Translations under genes and position numbers: made by a program
In this document: positions 1 to 12,469 of the stretch, one piece after another
Layout of the letters: each line of letters opens with the position of its first letter
Position numbering within the stretch: the first letter of the stretch is position 1
Notes under the pieces: model-generated
Seen by the model: only the letters and a program-made list of their open reading frames with translations
Database searches by the model: none
What the model was told of the DNA's origin: nothing
Assembly (NCBI GenBank): GCA_028534125.1
Contig: CM052817.1
Location: forward strand, 26,228,001 to 26,292,000
Reading direction: 5' to 3'
Source: Lama glama
Lineage: Eukaryota
DNA length: 64,000 bases

Positions 1-1690
1 CTTCTCAAAAAGTTTCAAAACAAAATTCAAGTTGGGCGCTGCCTAGGTCCCCATCAAAATTTGCTTCTTGGAGAAGCCCACTAAGTTCCTACAATTTGTC
101 CAAAGAAACCACAGAATTATGGACACACCTGAATTTGTGCTTTGGATGGGGGTGCACTTGGGAAGGTGGGAGACCAAGGTGTGGGGGCTGGGACCAGGTG
201 TTCCAGTGTCTGCAAATAGAGCGATACTTTGCATAAGGGAAGTGCTCAAGCAGTGCTGCTGAAAGAGCTGTCCTCTGGCCCTTGCCTACGCTCAGGACTC
301 CCTCCTCCCAGGGGGCTCCCAGGCTAGAGAGCTGCCTCTTGCATCAGGTCCAGGTAATCTGGTAGGCGACTTGCTCAGCCCAGTCACTTCTTTAGGGACC
401 TGTGTGCTCGTAACAATTCTCAGAATTGCACATCTCCAGAAAAGGTGAGGATTTTCTGCTTCTAAGCAGCCATGAGGTCTCTTAAGTCAGTGTATTACCT
501 AGAACAGCTTTTGTTGTCCTATTTGCTTTATATTGCTACTCCTTCTAAGGCACCGTTTTTAGTGTTTTTAATGTCAGTCCCTGTCACTGAGCCTGGTGTG
601 TTCAGAATGGTTACCCCCATCCTTACATTTTCTTACTGGCTTCCACAGACCTGGACCTTTGTGCTGTGGTGCTCCTTACGTGTTTAACTGACCTCCAGGT
701 AATTGCTTTCAAGCTTCTCCTAGATGGAAGAACAGATACAGTGCTGTTTCTTAAAAGGACACATGGTCTTTGCTAGCAAAAGGAGTACCTAGAGAATGAG
801 GGAGAGGAAAGTGCCTTAAGTTGGAATCATTCATTAAAAAGAAAGTTATTTGAGAAATACCCCAAAGCTGAAGTCCTGATCACCAGCCTGGCCCAGGTTC
901 CTTAGAGACGGTTCCTTGTGCATGTTCCTGTTGGACTTTGAAATAAGACACAAAGTGAAATATGTGGTTATTACTCTTAGGGGGATGAAAACTTGAAGCT
1001 CCGGTTTACAGGCTGAGGAAGTGTTTTATGTACACTCATTTCCGTTGTTTTACACTGTTGCTGACTTGTAGCTAACTTTTAACTTCTTGTAGACAAAGCC
1101 ATCATTATTATTTAGGCAGGCTGCAAAGCTTGTCGTCAGACTGCTAGACTTGTTGGTCACCAGTGGTTTCTACTGAGTTAGCCATGTGAATACTGAAGAC
1201 AAAGTCTGGACAAGGATCCAAGGGTGGAGTGATAATCCCACTGAGGGTAAAATACAGAACCAGGCATGAGTTTCTCTTCTCATTCTGTTCACCTCTTATT
1301 CCAGGTACATTTATGTAATCTGCTTGCTCTCCATCAGCTAGTTTTTGACCTAAATGTACATGTCCAGAATTTGCAAAAAACAGATGTATCAATGGATAGT
1401 ATAAATGAAAGGCCACTTTTAAATTCTTAGATTAAAAACCTTCTCAAGTTTCTCAAATGTCCATCAGAGTTTATCTATTTAATGTTCTCCCTCAGTTGCT
1501 AGAAGTCAGATCAGAGTAGCAGTCAGGAAGTTTGAAGGTGGCATTTGAATCCTTATGAAGATATGCAGACTGACTCCAGAATCTAAACAGAAAATATGCA
1601 AAGATGTTTTATCAGCTTGTGACATACCGGGGTGCGGGGGTACATAAATATTCAGGGCTCCACACTACTATATAATGCTGCATTCTTGGT

Positions 1691-1696
1691 TTTATT
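1691..1696 (-). terminator. Distal polyadenylation signal AATAAA
   Basis: tttatt on + strand; GU-containing sequence (tagtagtgtgg) downstream on the minus strand. Confidence 0.7.
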
Positions 1697-3181
1697 TGAA
1701 ACAATGCATATTTTTAGCATTTTATGGTAGGATTTTACACTTGTCATTTACACAAATTACAAGGTTCTGCTTCAAGTCTTTAAAAAATTTTAAAAATTCA
1801 GCCCATGTGCAGCACAAGAATATGCAAAACTACTTTACATTATACACACTTTTTATCAAAGGAGATACAAAATTCTGGCTTGTAGTTTTAGACAAATACA
1901 GGAAGCTTCAAACTAGACACAAAGGGTTAACATTAATTCTCAAATATAAGTCTGCACTTTGTGTTGTATTTCTCTGAGATGTGAATACCAAATTCCTAAG
2001 GGACTTTACTTTTTCCTTTTTCAAAGGAAAAATGACAAATTTCCCTTAAAACAAGTCCCTCCTTCATCAGCTCAATCTTTCATCATCCTACTCTCCCTTC
2101 CCTTAGTGCCAGACACTTGCTTCATATTAAAAAAAATTAGGGGTGGGCCATTTCCATATGTATGTGGACCAGATCTTTTAGTTAACTACTCTCCTGCAAA
2201 AATCTGATCAGCCATAACTGAGGCAAATGGTCTGTTAACGTTATGTTAAGTATGTGTTCATACTAGGTAATCTAGTCAGCTGCGATGCTGAGTAATTAGT
2301 CAAGGAGATAAGAGAGATGGAAGGTCCTTACCAGTATGCTTTATATTGGTGGCAGATTGATGGCCTTAAGAATCAAGTTGTCTGATGCTAAGAGAACTTC
2401 AAAATCTGATTAGAACATGCCCACTGATTGCTTGAGGGACTTCTCTGATGCTTATGCATAGATACTCTTTTTCAGCATGTTGGAGGCATTATTTTATACT
2501 TTCTTTCTACAGGGTTATGAAGAGGCAATAAGGAAGAGTAGAGCTTTTTCTGCCCTTGTAAAAGATACTGTTTTCTATCACTGGTATCCATTGTTCCCTA
2601 ACCCTCATCTGATAACTAAGTGTGTGTATATGCATATTTAAAAGAATTACCCATCTTTCATTCAGTCAATATACAGCCAACTCTTGATTATCTATGAGAA
2701 CATAAGTGACATTTACTACCAGCAACTTGACATTTAACATAACCCTTTTTTGACACAGTTCACGTTCACTGTTTGTTTTACATCGCAGGTAGACTACAGC
2801 TTGTCAAGATCAAGTTATAACACAAATATTTTTGTCCTCAAACCCACGCTAGATGTGAGCAAGGACACCAAGCACATTCAGGTAGGGCTTTGGGGCAGGG
2901 CTTTAAGTGGAGTATGGGGGCAGGTGATGACTCTGGGTGTGAGACAGGACCAATCTCAAGTTCCTCCTAAATTAGTTCTATGGTATGCCTTCATTATTTT
3001 AAGTTTATGACTACTGCAAAATCCAAAACCAGAGGCATAGTCACTATTTTATATAGATAATGGAGAGTTGACTGTAATCATGTTTTTTGTTTATGACTAG
3101 CCCTTTCACATAAAAAATTTCATAAGAGAACATAATATGATAAAAAGATTAAAAAAGACTACCATATGACATCTAGAAGCA

Positions 3182-3187
3182 TTTATT
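3182..3187 (-). terminator. Proximal polyadenylation signal AATAAA
   Basis: tttatt on + strand; UGUA motif upstream and U-rich tract (ttttttaatcttttt) ~30 nt downstream on the minus strand. Confidence 0.6.
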
Positions 3188-4350
3188 TTATGCAAAAAAC
3201 TTAACTTAAATATGAATGAATATGTGTACACAAAAAGTGCACACATTACCTATGCTGAACAATGCCAAGGAACAATTTATTGATGCAACAGTTGTCTTCT
3301 AAAATAAACATAAAAACGGAACCCAGGTTGGCAGACAAAAGCAAAACACTTATTTCCCAACAGCACAATGCTGCTCACTGACAGCAATCCTAAACACCTC
3401 CAACTTTCCTTACAAAGCTGCCAAAGTCCAACTATTTTAAAAAAATTGACTTTTTTTTTACATCAATAAAAATCTGGTGACAAACATTATAAAACCAAAT
3501 GCTGGACAGTCTTTACTCCTTTAAAATTCCAAACATTCCAACATAATCACAGGAGTAAAAACCATTTTAAAGTGATATGCTTTATGAAACAAACAATATG
3601 TACATTTATTGCAAAATTATATTAAACTAAAATGGAGGGGAAATCAAAATATGAAGTGATATGAAATCAATAATAATTTTTAATTATTTTCTCACTCTGA
3701 TAAAAATCAGAAAGCAACATTTATAAAATTGCCACCACATCACTTTTCATAGCAGGGAACTGAAATCTGTACATCTCATTTTTGCAGAAAAGTAGGCAGG
3801 CAGAAAGAATTATACATAAAAGTTTCCAAAAGGAAAACAAAGAAATATTTAATCTGATCTCTTTTCTTCTAAAAAATTAATTCAGTAGACTTCAATTTTT
3901 TTCTTGTGTAACACGGGAAATTCCTGGCTCTAAAACTGATGAATTTTCATTGTCAGTGTAAGGACATCCTGTTATTTTCTTTAAAATAAAGACTGCAGCA
4001 TGGAAATTAATGGTGTAATATGCCTTTAAACTCCAGATATGCAGGAACTGGAACCAAGTGTTAAGCAATTTGCTTAATTATTGACTTTTCATAAGAAAAG
4101 TCTGGGGGAGGGTACAATAGAGTTGCTTTTAGCCTCTCTCAAGAGTTTCTGCTGTACATTTCCATCAAAGACTTGTGGTCATGTGAAAAAAAGGAAGTAA
4201 TAGCTTTTTTCAGTTTTCAAGGCAGAAAGTGTGTGTTCTGAAGTTAACTTCATTTTCTGTTCCGGGTCATTTTGAATCCAAGTTTTTGCAGAAGCTAGAG
4301 CCTGCTTCTGTTTGGCCTTCATTTTCTCCCTTTGCACATGAATTTTCTTT

Positions 4351-4354
4351 TTAC
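4351..4354 (-). CDS. PDS5A: PDS5A terminal exon, coding part (G completing Arg, then TAA stop)
   Basis: Branch-point-like ctaac, pyrimidine tract ttgctttcttctactcctatcctc, acceptor aAG|GTAA; the following sequence resembles the PDS5A 3'UTR start (GCAAAGGGAGAAAATGAAGGCCAAACAGAAGCAGGC), recalled not checked. Confidence 0.88.
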
Positions 4355-7018
4355 CTTGAGGATAGGAGTAGAAGAAAGCAATGTTAGAAAAGATATAAAC
4401 AGGAAAACAGACAAAACCCAAATTATTTCTATAGTTACAAAAATCTGAAAAATTTTAATTTTTCATCTGAGACTACTTGGTTTAGGAATCTTTTTGTAAA
4501 CTATATAAAAACAAAATGCCAATGACGAAGTTATTATTTTCACCATTAACTGCTGTTGCTACCCAATGCTCAATTTGCTTATTACAACAATAAAATAGTA
4601 AAAGCTATTTATTTGAAATAATTTTTTATTAATACATTCAAACTGATATTATAGTAGAAAAATTACTAGACATTATGGCAAAATGAATTTATAAGCAGAA
4701 TAAGTTCTGTTCTTTAGTATACTGAAAAAACAAGGAGGCAAATTTAGCTTAATTCTGTTAAGAAGTTAGAGGAATTCCCCACTAGTCCCATTTCTCTAGT
4801 AGAGAGGGAAAATCCTCATCTCTGGAAGCATGAGGGCGTGAGGTATGGTCTCTTCCTCTTCTCCCCACCTCCTACTGCTGTATGGGAGGAGGAAGACCCA
4901 TCTAATAGGTGAAGCGGTAGGGGAGGGAAAAACAGCATGCCCGGCTTTGGTTTCTTTTTTTTCGTTCTCTTTTGCCCCAAAAGGTGTGTTCTGGTCTGCC
5001 TGGTTGTTCAATTTAGGGGCAAGGCATCAGTAGTTACCTTGCCTATGTCATTTCACATTTTTAATCAGCCATATCACTATTAAGATTGCATCTCCTTTTC
5101 AACAATTCCAAACTTGGGAGAGAAAGATAAGGGTGTTGTTTGCTTATATTCCCAAACCCCAACATTACATATACCTTTTATAAAGATAACAATGCTAAAA
5201 GTAAGAGAGAAGCTAAGTGATTAAGATCCTTACAGAGACTATTAATTTGTTATACAGAACAAGTTTAATAATACGATATCAAACAATCCTCTATAAGCTG
5301 CCTGCTGCACCTTCAGGAAGCTTCCCTTTACTAGCTCTGAGTCCTCAGTATCTTCCTGGCTGTTCTCACAGACTTTATAACGATCCAGATCACTGGAAGA
5401 ATTTTCTGGACTTGATTCTATGTCCCAAAGTGAATCGCCATCACTTCCGAGCACTTGGCTTCTGAAAAATTTCATATTATTTTGATAAAAATTCACTTGT
5501 TACTGAATAGTATCAGACTAATATATGGTTGTTTAATACATGAGAAAACACACTTAGGGGATACTTTAATTTTAAGATATGAAAACCTTAAAATTACACG
5601 TGACGTGAGGAAACTTTCTCAATATACAAATGAGCATAGAAAAACAGTAAATTCTTTGCTTAAGAAAAATATAAATTCCGAGATTTCTGAATACTCCCAT
5701 ACTAAGTATGCTAAGCAAAACACATTAATCCAAAGATGGGAAAACTATATTATTCTACAGATAATTTCCTTAAATCCACAGGTTCCCCATAAGTCCCAAG
5801 TTTAAGGACTGATGTCTATTGATAATTTCTTTTTCAGGGAAGAATTTGGCCTCAAGGGTAAGCAAAACATACTTAAAAATTAGCAGACTTACAAAAACAC
5901 ATTTTCAATGCAAAATGTTTGGAATTGTTTGCCATTTGAATAACAGTTCAAAAACAAAGGAAAAACAAGTGTACATTTACTGCAAAAATCCAAAGGGATC
6001 TAAAAATTCTACGGTTAAGTTTACAAGTTAAAATGTATCAACTTCCAGATTAAGAAATAAAATCTATTCCAGTAAATTTCTGGGCACAGTATCCTTGTTT
6101 TGGTGGAATAAACTATCTTGAATTAGTAAATAAATTATGTAAGTAGGAGTCTTACTAAAAACAATTACTATTTACCTAATGTTGTCAGTAAGAGGACCTG
6201 ATAAGAGAAATTCCAGAGGGCTCGGCACTGGCATATACTAAGGCCTCAAAAGTGGTTTTCATTAATAATTTAATAATAAAATTTAAATAATCATACTGTA
6301 TGATAATAGTATATATACCAAGTAATAGAACTGGGTGAGTTTTCTGCATGTGGTGCCAGCATACAGTGTAGACTAACTGCCTGGAGGAGAAACTTGCACA
6401 TAGAGTGAAGGTTAGGGTGAGGTCAGGTTCTTTTCAGATGTTAATGGGGGGAGTGTTGTGACCAGAGCAGGAATTGATCATCTGGGAAGTGAGAAATTAA
6501 GCAAGTAAAATGTGTGAAGAATAGGTAAAGGAAAGGTAAGGTAGCAAGGTAAAGGAAAAGACTGAGGAAGTAGCATCTGGAGTTGGAAAACAGGGCCAAA
6601 GAGAAGCACAAGGGAGCCAGGCCTTATTTCTCAAAGGCTAGCATTCAAGCTTAAAACTAGGGGTAAACTACTTTAGCGCAGTGATCCAGATCCAGATGTG
6701 GTTCCACAATGCAAGGACCTCAGGCTATGCTATAAGTTGCCAGGGCAGTAGGTGAGCCAAGCCTATTACTCTGGATTCATCCTTAGCTCAGAAATACGTG
6801 TTTACGTGTTTGATGGCTCTCAGCTTTGGCAACTCTCTTCTTTTACTAATTAGATGGTTGAAACTGTAATGATAACCTTAACAGGATGATTCAAGATGTT
6901 AAATTAGCTCTATATTCAGAATTGTTCAGCCTGTATCTGATCCTCACCAGGTCTCAGGAAAATACACGTGAGATGTCAAATCAATCACAGGTAACACCTG
7001 TTAATGAGAAGTATGTTT

Positions 7019-7152
7019 GTTTATTTATTTATTGTGTGTGTGGGAAGGTAATTAGATATATTATTTTTTCTTTAATGGACGTGCTGGGGATTGAACCCAG
7101 ACCTCATGCATGCTAAGCATGCGCTCTACCATGTGAGCCATGCTCTCCCCAC
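7019..7152 (-). mobile_element. tRNA-derived SINE, camelid vic-1 type
   Basis: Pol III A/B boxes (gctcacatggtagagc...gggttcaatcccc); 14-bp TSD tgagaagtatgttt at 7005-7018 and 7153-7166. Confidence 0.88.
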
Positions 7153-8084
7153 TGAGAAGTATGTTTAGAATCTTGTATGAAGGTGAAAGCTAGAAGTTTC
7201 TCATGAAATAATAATAAAGCTGGCACCTTCAGGATTTTGACCATTCAACATTTCTCAAGTTGAAGGACAGTTAAAACAGCTGAGTCACAAACAAGGAATT
7301 TCTATTAGTGTGTCTATTTCATTGTTTGGTGGTTACTACACACTGTAAAATCTCCTTTTACACATTAAGAGGAAAACAAGTAAGTAATAATTTTCTGAAT
7401 GTTCATAGTTTAGAGGAGAAACGTAAGTGCAGCTGCCACTGTTAGCAGTACAGTGAGGCAGTTAATAAGGGACTCACCTGGATTCAAAGCCCTGCTCTGT
7501 GTAGCACCAGTCAGGTGGCCTGAGAAAGTAATCTTTTCAGGTCTAACCTCCTCATCTCTTACACAGGGTTGTACTTGCTACATAATGATTGTTGGCACGG
7601 CAAACAGACATTCAGCAACCTTTCCCTATTATCATTATTATTTCTACTAACATATATGCTAAGCACCATGCCAAATATCCCATGTATTATGCCACCTAAT
7701 TTTCACCAGTCTGACAATATTCTTAGCATTAGGTGCTTCGTTTGAGCTGGCCACATTCAAGAACATCTGATCTCACTGTTTTTCCCTCTCTGAAGCTAAA
7801 ATGCAGGGGCTTCTGTTTGCATGAACTCTGAAATAGGTTAAAAATATGACTACAGTTGTTCTGTTTTGTTCAACCTATGATCACTTAAAATAAACTAGCT
7901 TCTTATGTAATAATCATAAAAATTATGCAAGTATGTCCTACTTTATGGAAACTATCACATATATAAGCTACACCAGCTATGTAAAACATGCAAGTAAGTA
8001 TTTTCAAAGTATCCTCTGTTAAACTAGTTTTGAGTGCAGATATAGTACCTTTAGAATTAAGGCTTAATTTCACCTTAAAAGTAC

Positions 8085-8330
8085 AATGTAGTATTTTGGT
8101 TACAGACTTCAGAGTGACGTTGCCTGGTTTTAATCCTGCCTCCACTATTTACATAAACAAAAGAACCAAAAGCTACATGGACCCTCTATTCCTGTAATTC
8201 CTCCTCTTTATACACTAGGGATGATGAAAGTACTTACTCATGGAAAGATGTTTTAAGCATTTAATAGGTTAATAAAAAGCTTAAAATAGTTCTGGCTCCT
8301 AATAAGCACTATATTATTGCTAGCTATTAT
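8085..8330 (+). mobile_element. MIR
   Basis: cctggttttaatcctgcctccactatt...aagtacttactcatgg..aataagcactatatta. Confidence 0.6.
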
Positions 8331-8359
8331 TATTCTTATGTAGCAATTTCTTAAGGTAA

Positions 8360-8865
8360 TAAAGTCTATGTAACATAAAGTTTACCACTTTAATCACTTT
8401 TTAAGAATCTTTTTTTTTTTTGGTGGGGAGTTAATTAGGTTTAATTATTTACTTATTTTTAGAGGAGGTACTGGGGATTGAACCCAGGACCTTTTGTGCA
8501 TGCTAAGCATGTACTCTACCACCTGAGCTACACCCTCCTCCACCATTTTAATCACTTTTAAGTACACAGTTCAGTGGCATTAATTACATTCGCACAGTTG
8601 TACAATCACTGCCACTCATCTTTAGAATATTTTCATCTTCCCAAACTGAAACTCTATACCTATTAAATAGTAACACCTATTCCCTCTTCCTCCTGTTCGT
8701 GGCAACCACCTTGTTCTGTCTCTTTGAATTTAATTTGACTGCTCTGGTAACTCATATAAGAGGAATCATATAGTATCTGTCCTTTTGGGTCTGGATTATT
8801 TCACTTAGCACAATGTCCTTAAGGTCCACTTATACTGTAACATGTGTCAGAATTTCATTGTTTTA
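8360..8865 (-). mobile_element. Old L1 (L1MA/MB-like) 3' end fragment, interrupted by the SINE
   Basis: Typical antisense L1M 3'UTR motifs (cagttcagtggcattaattacattc; ggaatcatatagtat...atttcacttagcacaatg). Confidence 0.75.
8406..8541 (-). mobile_element. tRNA-derived SINE, vic-1 type, inserted in an L1 fragment
   Basis: A/B boxes, poly(T) on + strand, TSD accaYtttaatcactttt. Confidence 0.88.
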
Positions 8866-11060
8866 TGTTATAATTAAAAAAAAATTATACTTTTACTGTA
8901 TCAACAGACCTAAAGTGAACATTTTCTGCTTTCTTCTGGAACTGACAAGCTGGGGAAGTGCACTCTTTGAGGGCAAGAACCTGTCTGTTTTGGATACTTT
9001 TGTACTGCTAACACCCAGCACGGTGCTGGCACTCTAACTGGTATTTGTTAGAAGAACAAATGAGAATCACAAAGAGCAATACTGATGTGCCTATAAAATT
9101 CAAATTCAATTAAAAAAAAGAGGATATCATGAGCAATACCGACTTCCTGGGATAAATGAAGTTTTGCTGAATAAGTTCATCAGGATTTCAGGCCTAAGTT
9201 AGAATGGTAGAATTTAAAGGCAGTTGTATATTAGATCCAGGGAAACATGGAAAAGACAAAAGGAAACTTGGGAGAAAATTTCAGACTATACTTCTATGTT
9301 TTGTTAGCCATTAATTAGTAGTCAATAATTCAATCAGAAGTTTCTGAAGTATGTATGCAAAATGTTCTCAAGAACACCTAATTTAACAATCTAACTTCAC
9401 TGAGTATATAAAATCATCACAGAATTCTGTATTTTGGATAATACACTACCTACTTATCTACTACTGGCATACTTAAGACTTATAAGGTATCTTTTAAGAA
9501 GGCCCAAAGCCATTTTTAATCAAAACCAGGCTCTGGCATGTAAGCCATTTCTCCTGGTTGGTTTAATGCTGTTGGGGCATATTGTGTAACTAAAAGGAGA
9601 GCAGTGAGTGTTACAACGCACAATTTCAGAGACAAGGTCTGGTTACTCACTGAAAATGTTTTTCAGGATCCAAGTAAGTACCTGGATATTTTGGTTAGAT
9701 GGCAAAAGGACAGTTCATGAGAAGTAAGGTCAGGTGGCCTGGGTGTGATGATCTATTTTGTGTGGGTGAGGAATGGCTAGAATTCTAGAAACCTTTTAGG
9801 GAATTCTGGCAATCTCCCATGAAACTGTTCAGCTTCTGAATAACTAAAAGTATATTTAAGGGGTAAAGCAACTAAAATGCAAAACAATAGTTAAACTAAT
9901 TACTGAGAATTTATTCTGTGCAAGGCACTTTGTTAAGTGCTTTATCTTTAATGATCCATTTAATTTTTAGAACAATCCTTTGAGAAAGGTATTACCATAC
10001 TGTCTTACTGATGAAGAAAAGGAGGCCAAGGTTCAATATGTTGTTTCAGCTCAAAGGTCCAGATTTGCAGAGAAAAATAATAAATTTGTCCCCAATACTG
10101 GCTTTTCTTACTATACTTTTAGTCCATAAAACTAGAAATAAATAAGTAGAAGAAACACCCATTACTTAGTCAGGTTTGGTCCTGGATCAGCTGCCATGAG
10201 ATGTTGTATAAGGTACTCAGAGACACTTAAAATATAAGAAAATTTAATAGCCCCGAACTTCAGGATCATAAATAGTAATTTTTAAAAATGTAGTTGCAAA
10301 CATGTATGCCTTAGCAACACTGTATTTTATAAAAATACTGAAGCAGGATGGTGGGGTATCCTAACATGATCAGAGCTGGCTCTTTCCTAGGAGGAACTTA
10401 GATACTTACAATCTAATTTGGGGGAAGACGAATTAGGTATTATGTATACAAGGAGAAAGAAGGAGGGTAGGGCTAACTTCTAACTGTAGGCCAAGTATGA
10501 AAGGAGGCAATTCCTAGCCCTCCAATTGGAGCATCACTGTTACAGTACGGAAAGCCTGAAATCCCATCTCAAACACGATCAAGATGAGCAGCTCGAGGCC
10601 ATTTTACTGGTGAGGTTGGGGGAGAGTTAAGCTGTAGACTTATATTAAAATGAACAGCAACAAGAAGAGTTAAAGAACAGGATATACTTGTTCACTTGTC
10701 ATGACTTCTATCTTTTCCATTCCAGGACCTTTGTAGCCAAAAGGTAGCCCTTTCTTTATATTAAGTAAACCCCATGTAACTATGTGAAGGACACCAAGCA
10801 AAGATAGTATTATCCATGCTTAGAAATAGAAATATCAAGATACTGTATCTTAATTAAAAATTAACCAAAGGAAAAAAGATCTCTCTTCAAATTGTTGTCC
10901 TGAAGTTTATGAGAAAAAAACAAATGCCATCATAACTCACTCAGGAAAACCTAGGGCAGTTTTCACTTCCAAATGCCTAGGTGTTTGGGGATGACTGGCA
11001 CATACTAGGAATAAAACAAAACGTCTAAATTCAAAGTTCAGAAAGAATGGCATACATTAC

Positions 11061-11413
11061 CTTTGTAAGTCAATTTGTCTCTCTGCTGGTGCTGCCTTTT
11101 TGGCTATGTCTTGCAGTTTGGGTGCTTTGGCATTACCTGCTTCCAAACCTCCAGGGCTTTCCTGACTGACTGCAGCTCTCTTTCTTCCCTTGCTAAGAGG
11201 TTTATTTATATCATCATTTTTGGTTGCATTGCCCTGAGATTCAGACTTGGGTCGACGTCCTCTCCTGGGTTTTGAAGGGGCAGGTGGTCCTGATTCATCT
11301 ACTTTCTCATCTGGTTTTTGTTGGATATTCTCTGCACCAGCTGCTGTTACTGTTCTTTTCTTTCCTCGGTCACTGCTGATGTTGCCCTGGGCAACCTGAT
11401 CAGAATTAATCTC
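11061..11413 (-). CDS. PDS5A: PDS5A penultimate exon, 353 nt: [20 protein letters not shown]...[15 protein letters not shown]...AERQIDLQ(R); basic low-complexity tail with AT-hook-like PRRGRRP
   Basis: AG / GTAATG, phase 0 to 2; matches the PDS5A C-terminus ending QIDLQR. Confidence 0.96.
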
Positions 11414-12469
11414 CTAAAAGAGCACAAAATAATTCTATGAACATAAATTCCTTAAATATCAATGATGTGTACTAGAAGGAAGTATTCTGAAGTATTTTAA
11501 AGGAGCTGGGATTCCAGGGCTTCTAGTTAACTGCTTACATCCCACGAGGAATGTTCTAGTGTAGGAACTGAACGTGGTACCTACCATAGTACTTGCTAAT
11601 TAAAATGCACAAGCAGTATCTGTGAGAGAAAACCTACTTGGTTTGCTACCACACTGATTTTAAATGAAAAAGTCCTTTTTATTGATGGTATGCTCTAAAT
11701 GTATCACTTTTCAAAGGAAGGGAGCATGCTTTCATAATTCAGTATTATTTTCTTTCACTATGATGCATCTAAATATGATAGTCTTTTCTAATTCTGTGAC
11801 ATAAAGTTCTTCAATATGTCACTCCACTCCTTCCTTCTAACTTTTGTTTCTTACTGCATCAATCATTAACCTTCTACTTTTTTCTGAACATTCTCTTCTT
11901 TTCTCTTCTGGTTTGGCATATATATTATATATTAAGTCATCTAAAATGTTTAAAGTAATAAAATCCCATTTTAACATATAAGACATAATGGACATTAGGA
12001 GGAGGAATACTTTTCAGAATGAAAGTGACCTTTACATGAATGATATTTAGGAATCAGTTATAGTGCTAATTGATTAAAGGGAAACAAAGGAAAGCAATCA
12101 CCCCAAAAATCAAACCGTATCTTTTCAATTAATTAATCAATTTTCATTTCCCCCAAAAAATGTTTTCAAAATAATCAGAGAAACACATCTATTATGTTTC
12201 AAGAAAATTTACTTAAATGAAAACTCATAAAAGTAGTAATTTAAGTTAGAAAATCCACAAATCAATGTTTCATGTTAGGGTTTACTTTAATGTTAATCCT
12301 CATTTTAAGAGAATGAATAAAGCATGAAGGAACAAGAGTGAGGTGGTCCACAAGAATTAAACTGTAAAACAATACACAGAGAAGAGACATACAAAGTCAG
12401 CCTGGAGAAAGATGGTGATTCCTGGGCAAAATAAGATGGATCAATAAAAACAAGTGTGGTTAAACCTGA

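Larger units (their letters stand above)
1672..4350 (-). other. PDS5A: PDS5A 3'UTR (~2.7 kb to the distal poly(A) site)
   Basis: Follows the stop codon; largely repeat-free and AU-rich; ends shortly after AATAAA at 1691-1696; end coordinate approximate. Confidence 0.75.

Noticed and set aside
1270..1310. + strand pyrimidine tract ending ccag|gt, resembling an acceptor of a convergent transcript
   Set aside because: No accompanying exon, ORF or partner splice site.
4851..5022. Two possible hairpins (tcttcctc...gaggaaga; ttgcccc...ggggcaa) suggesting an H/ACA-like RNA
   Set aside because: Stems are short or low-complexity, and I found no correctly placed H and ACA boxes.
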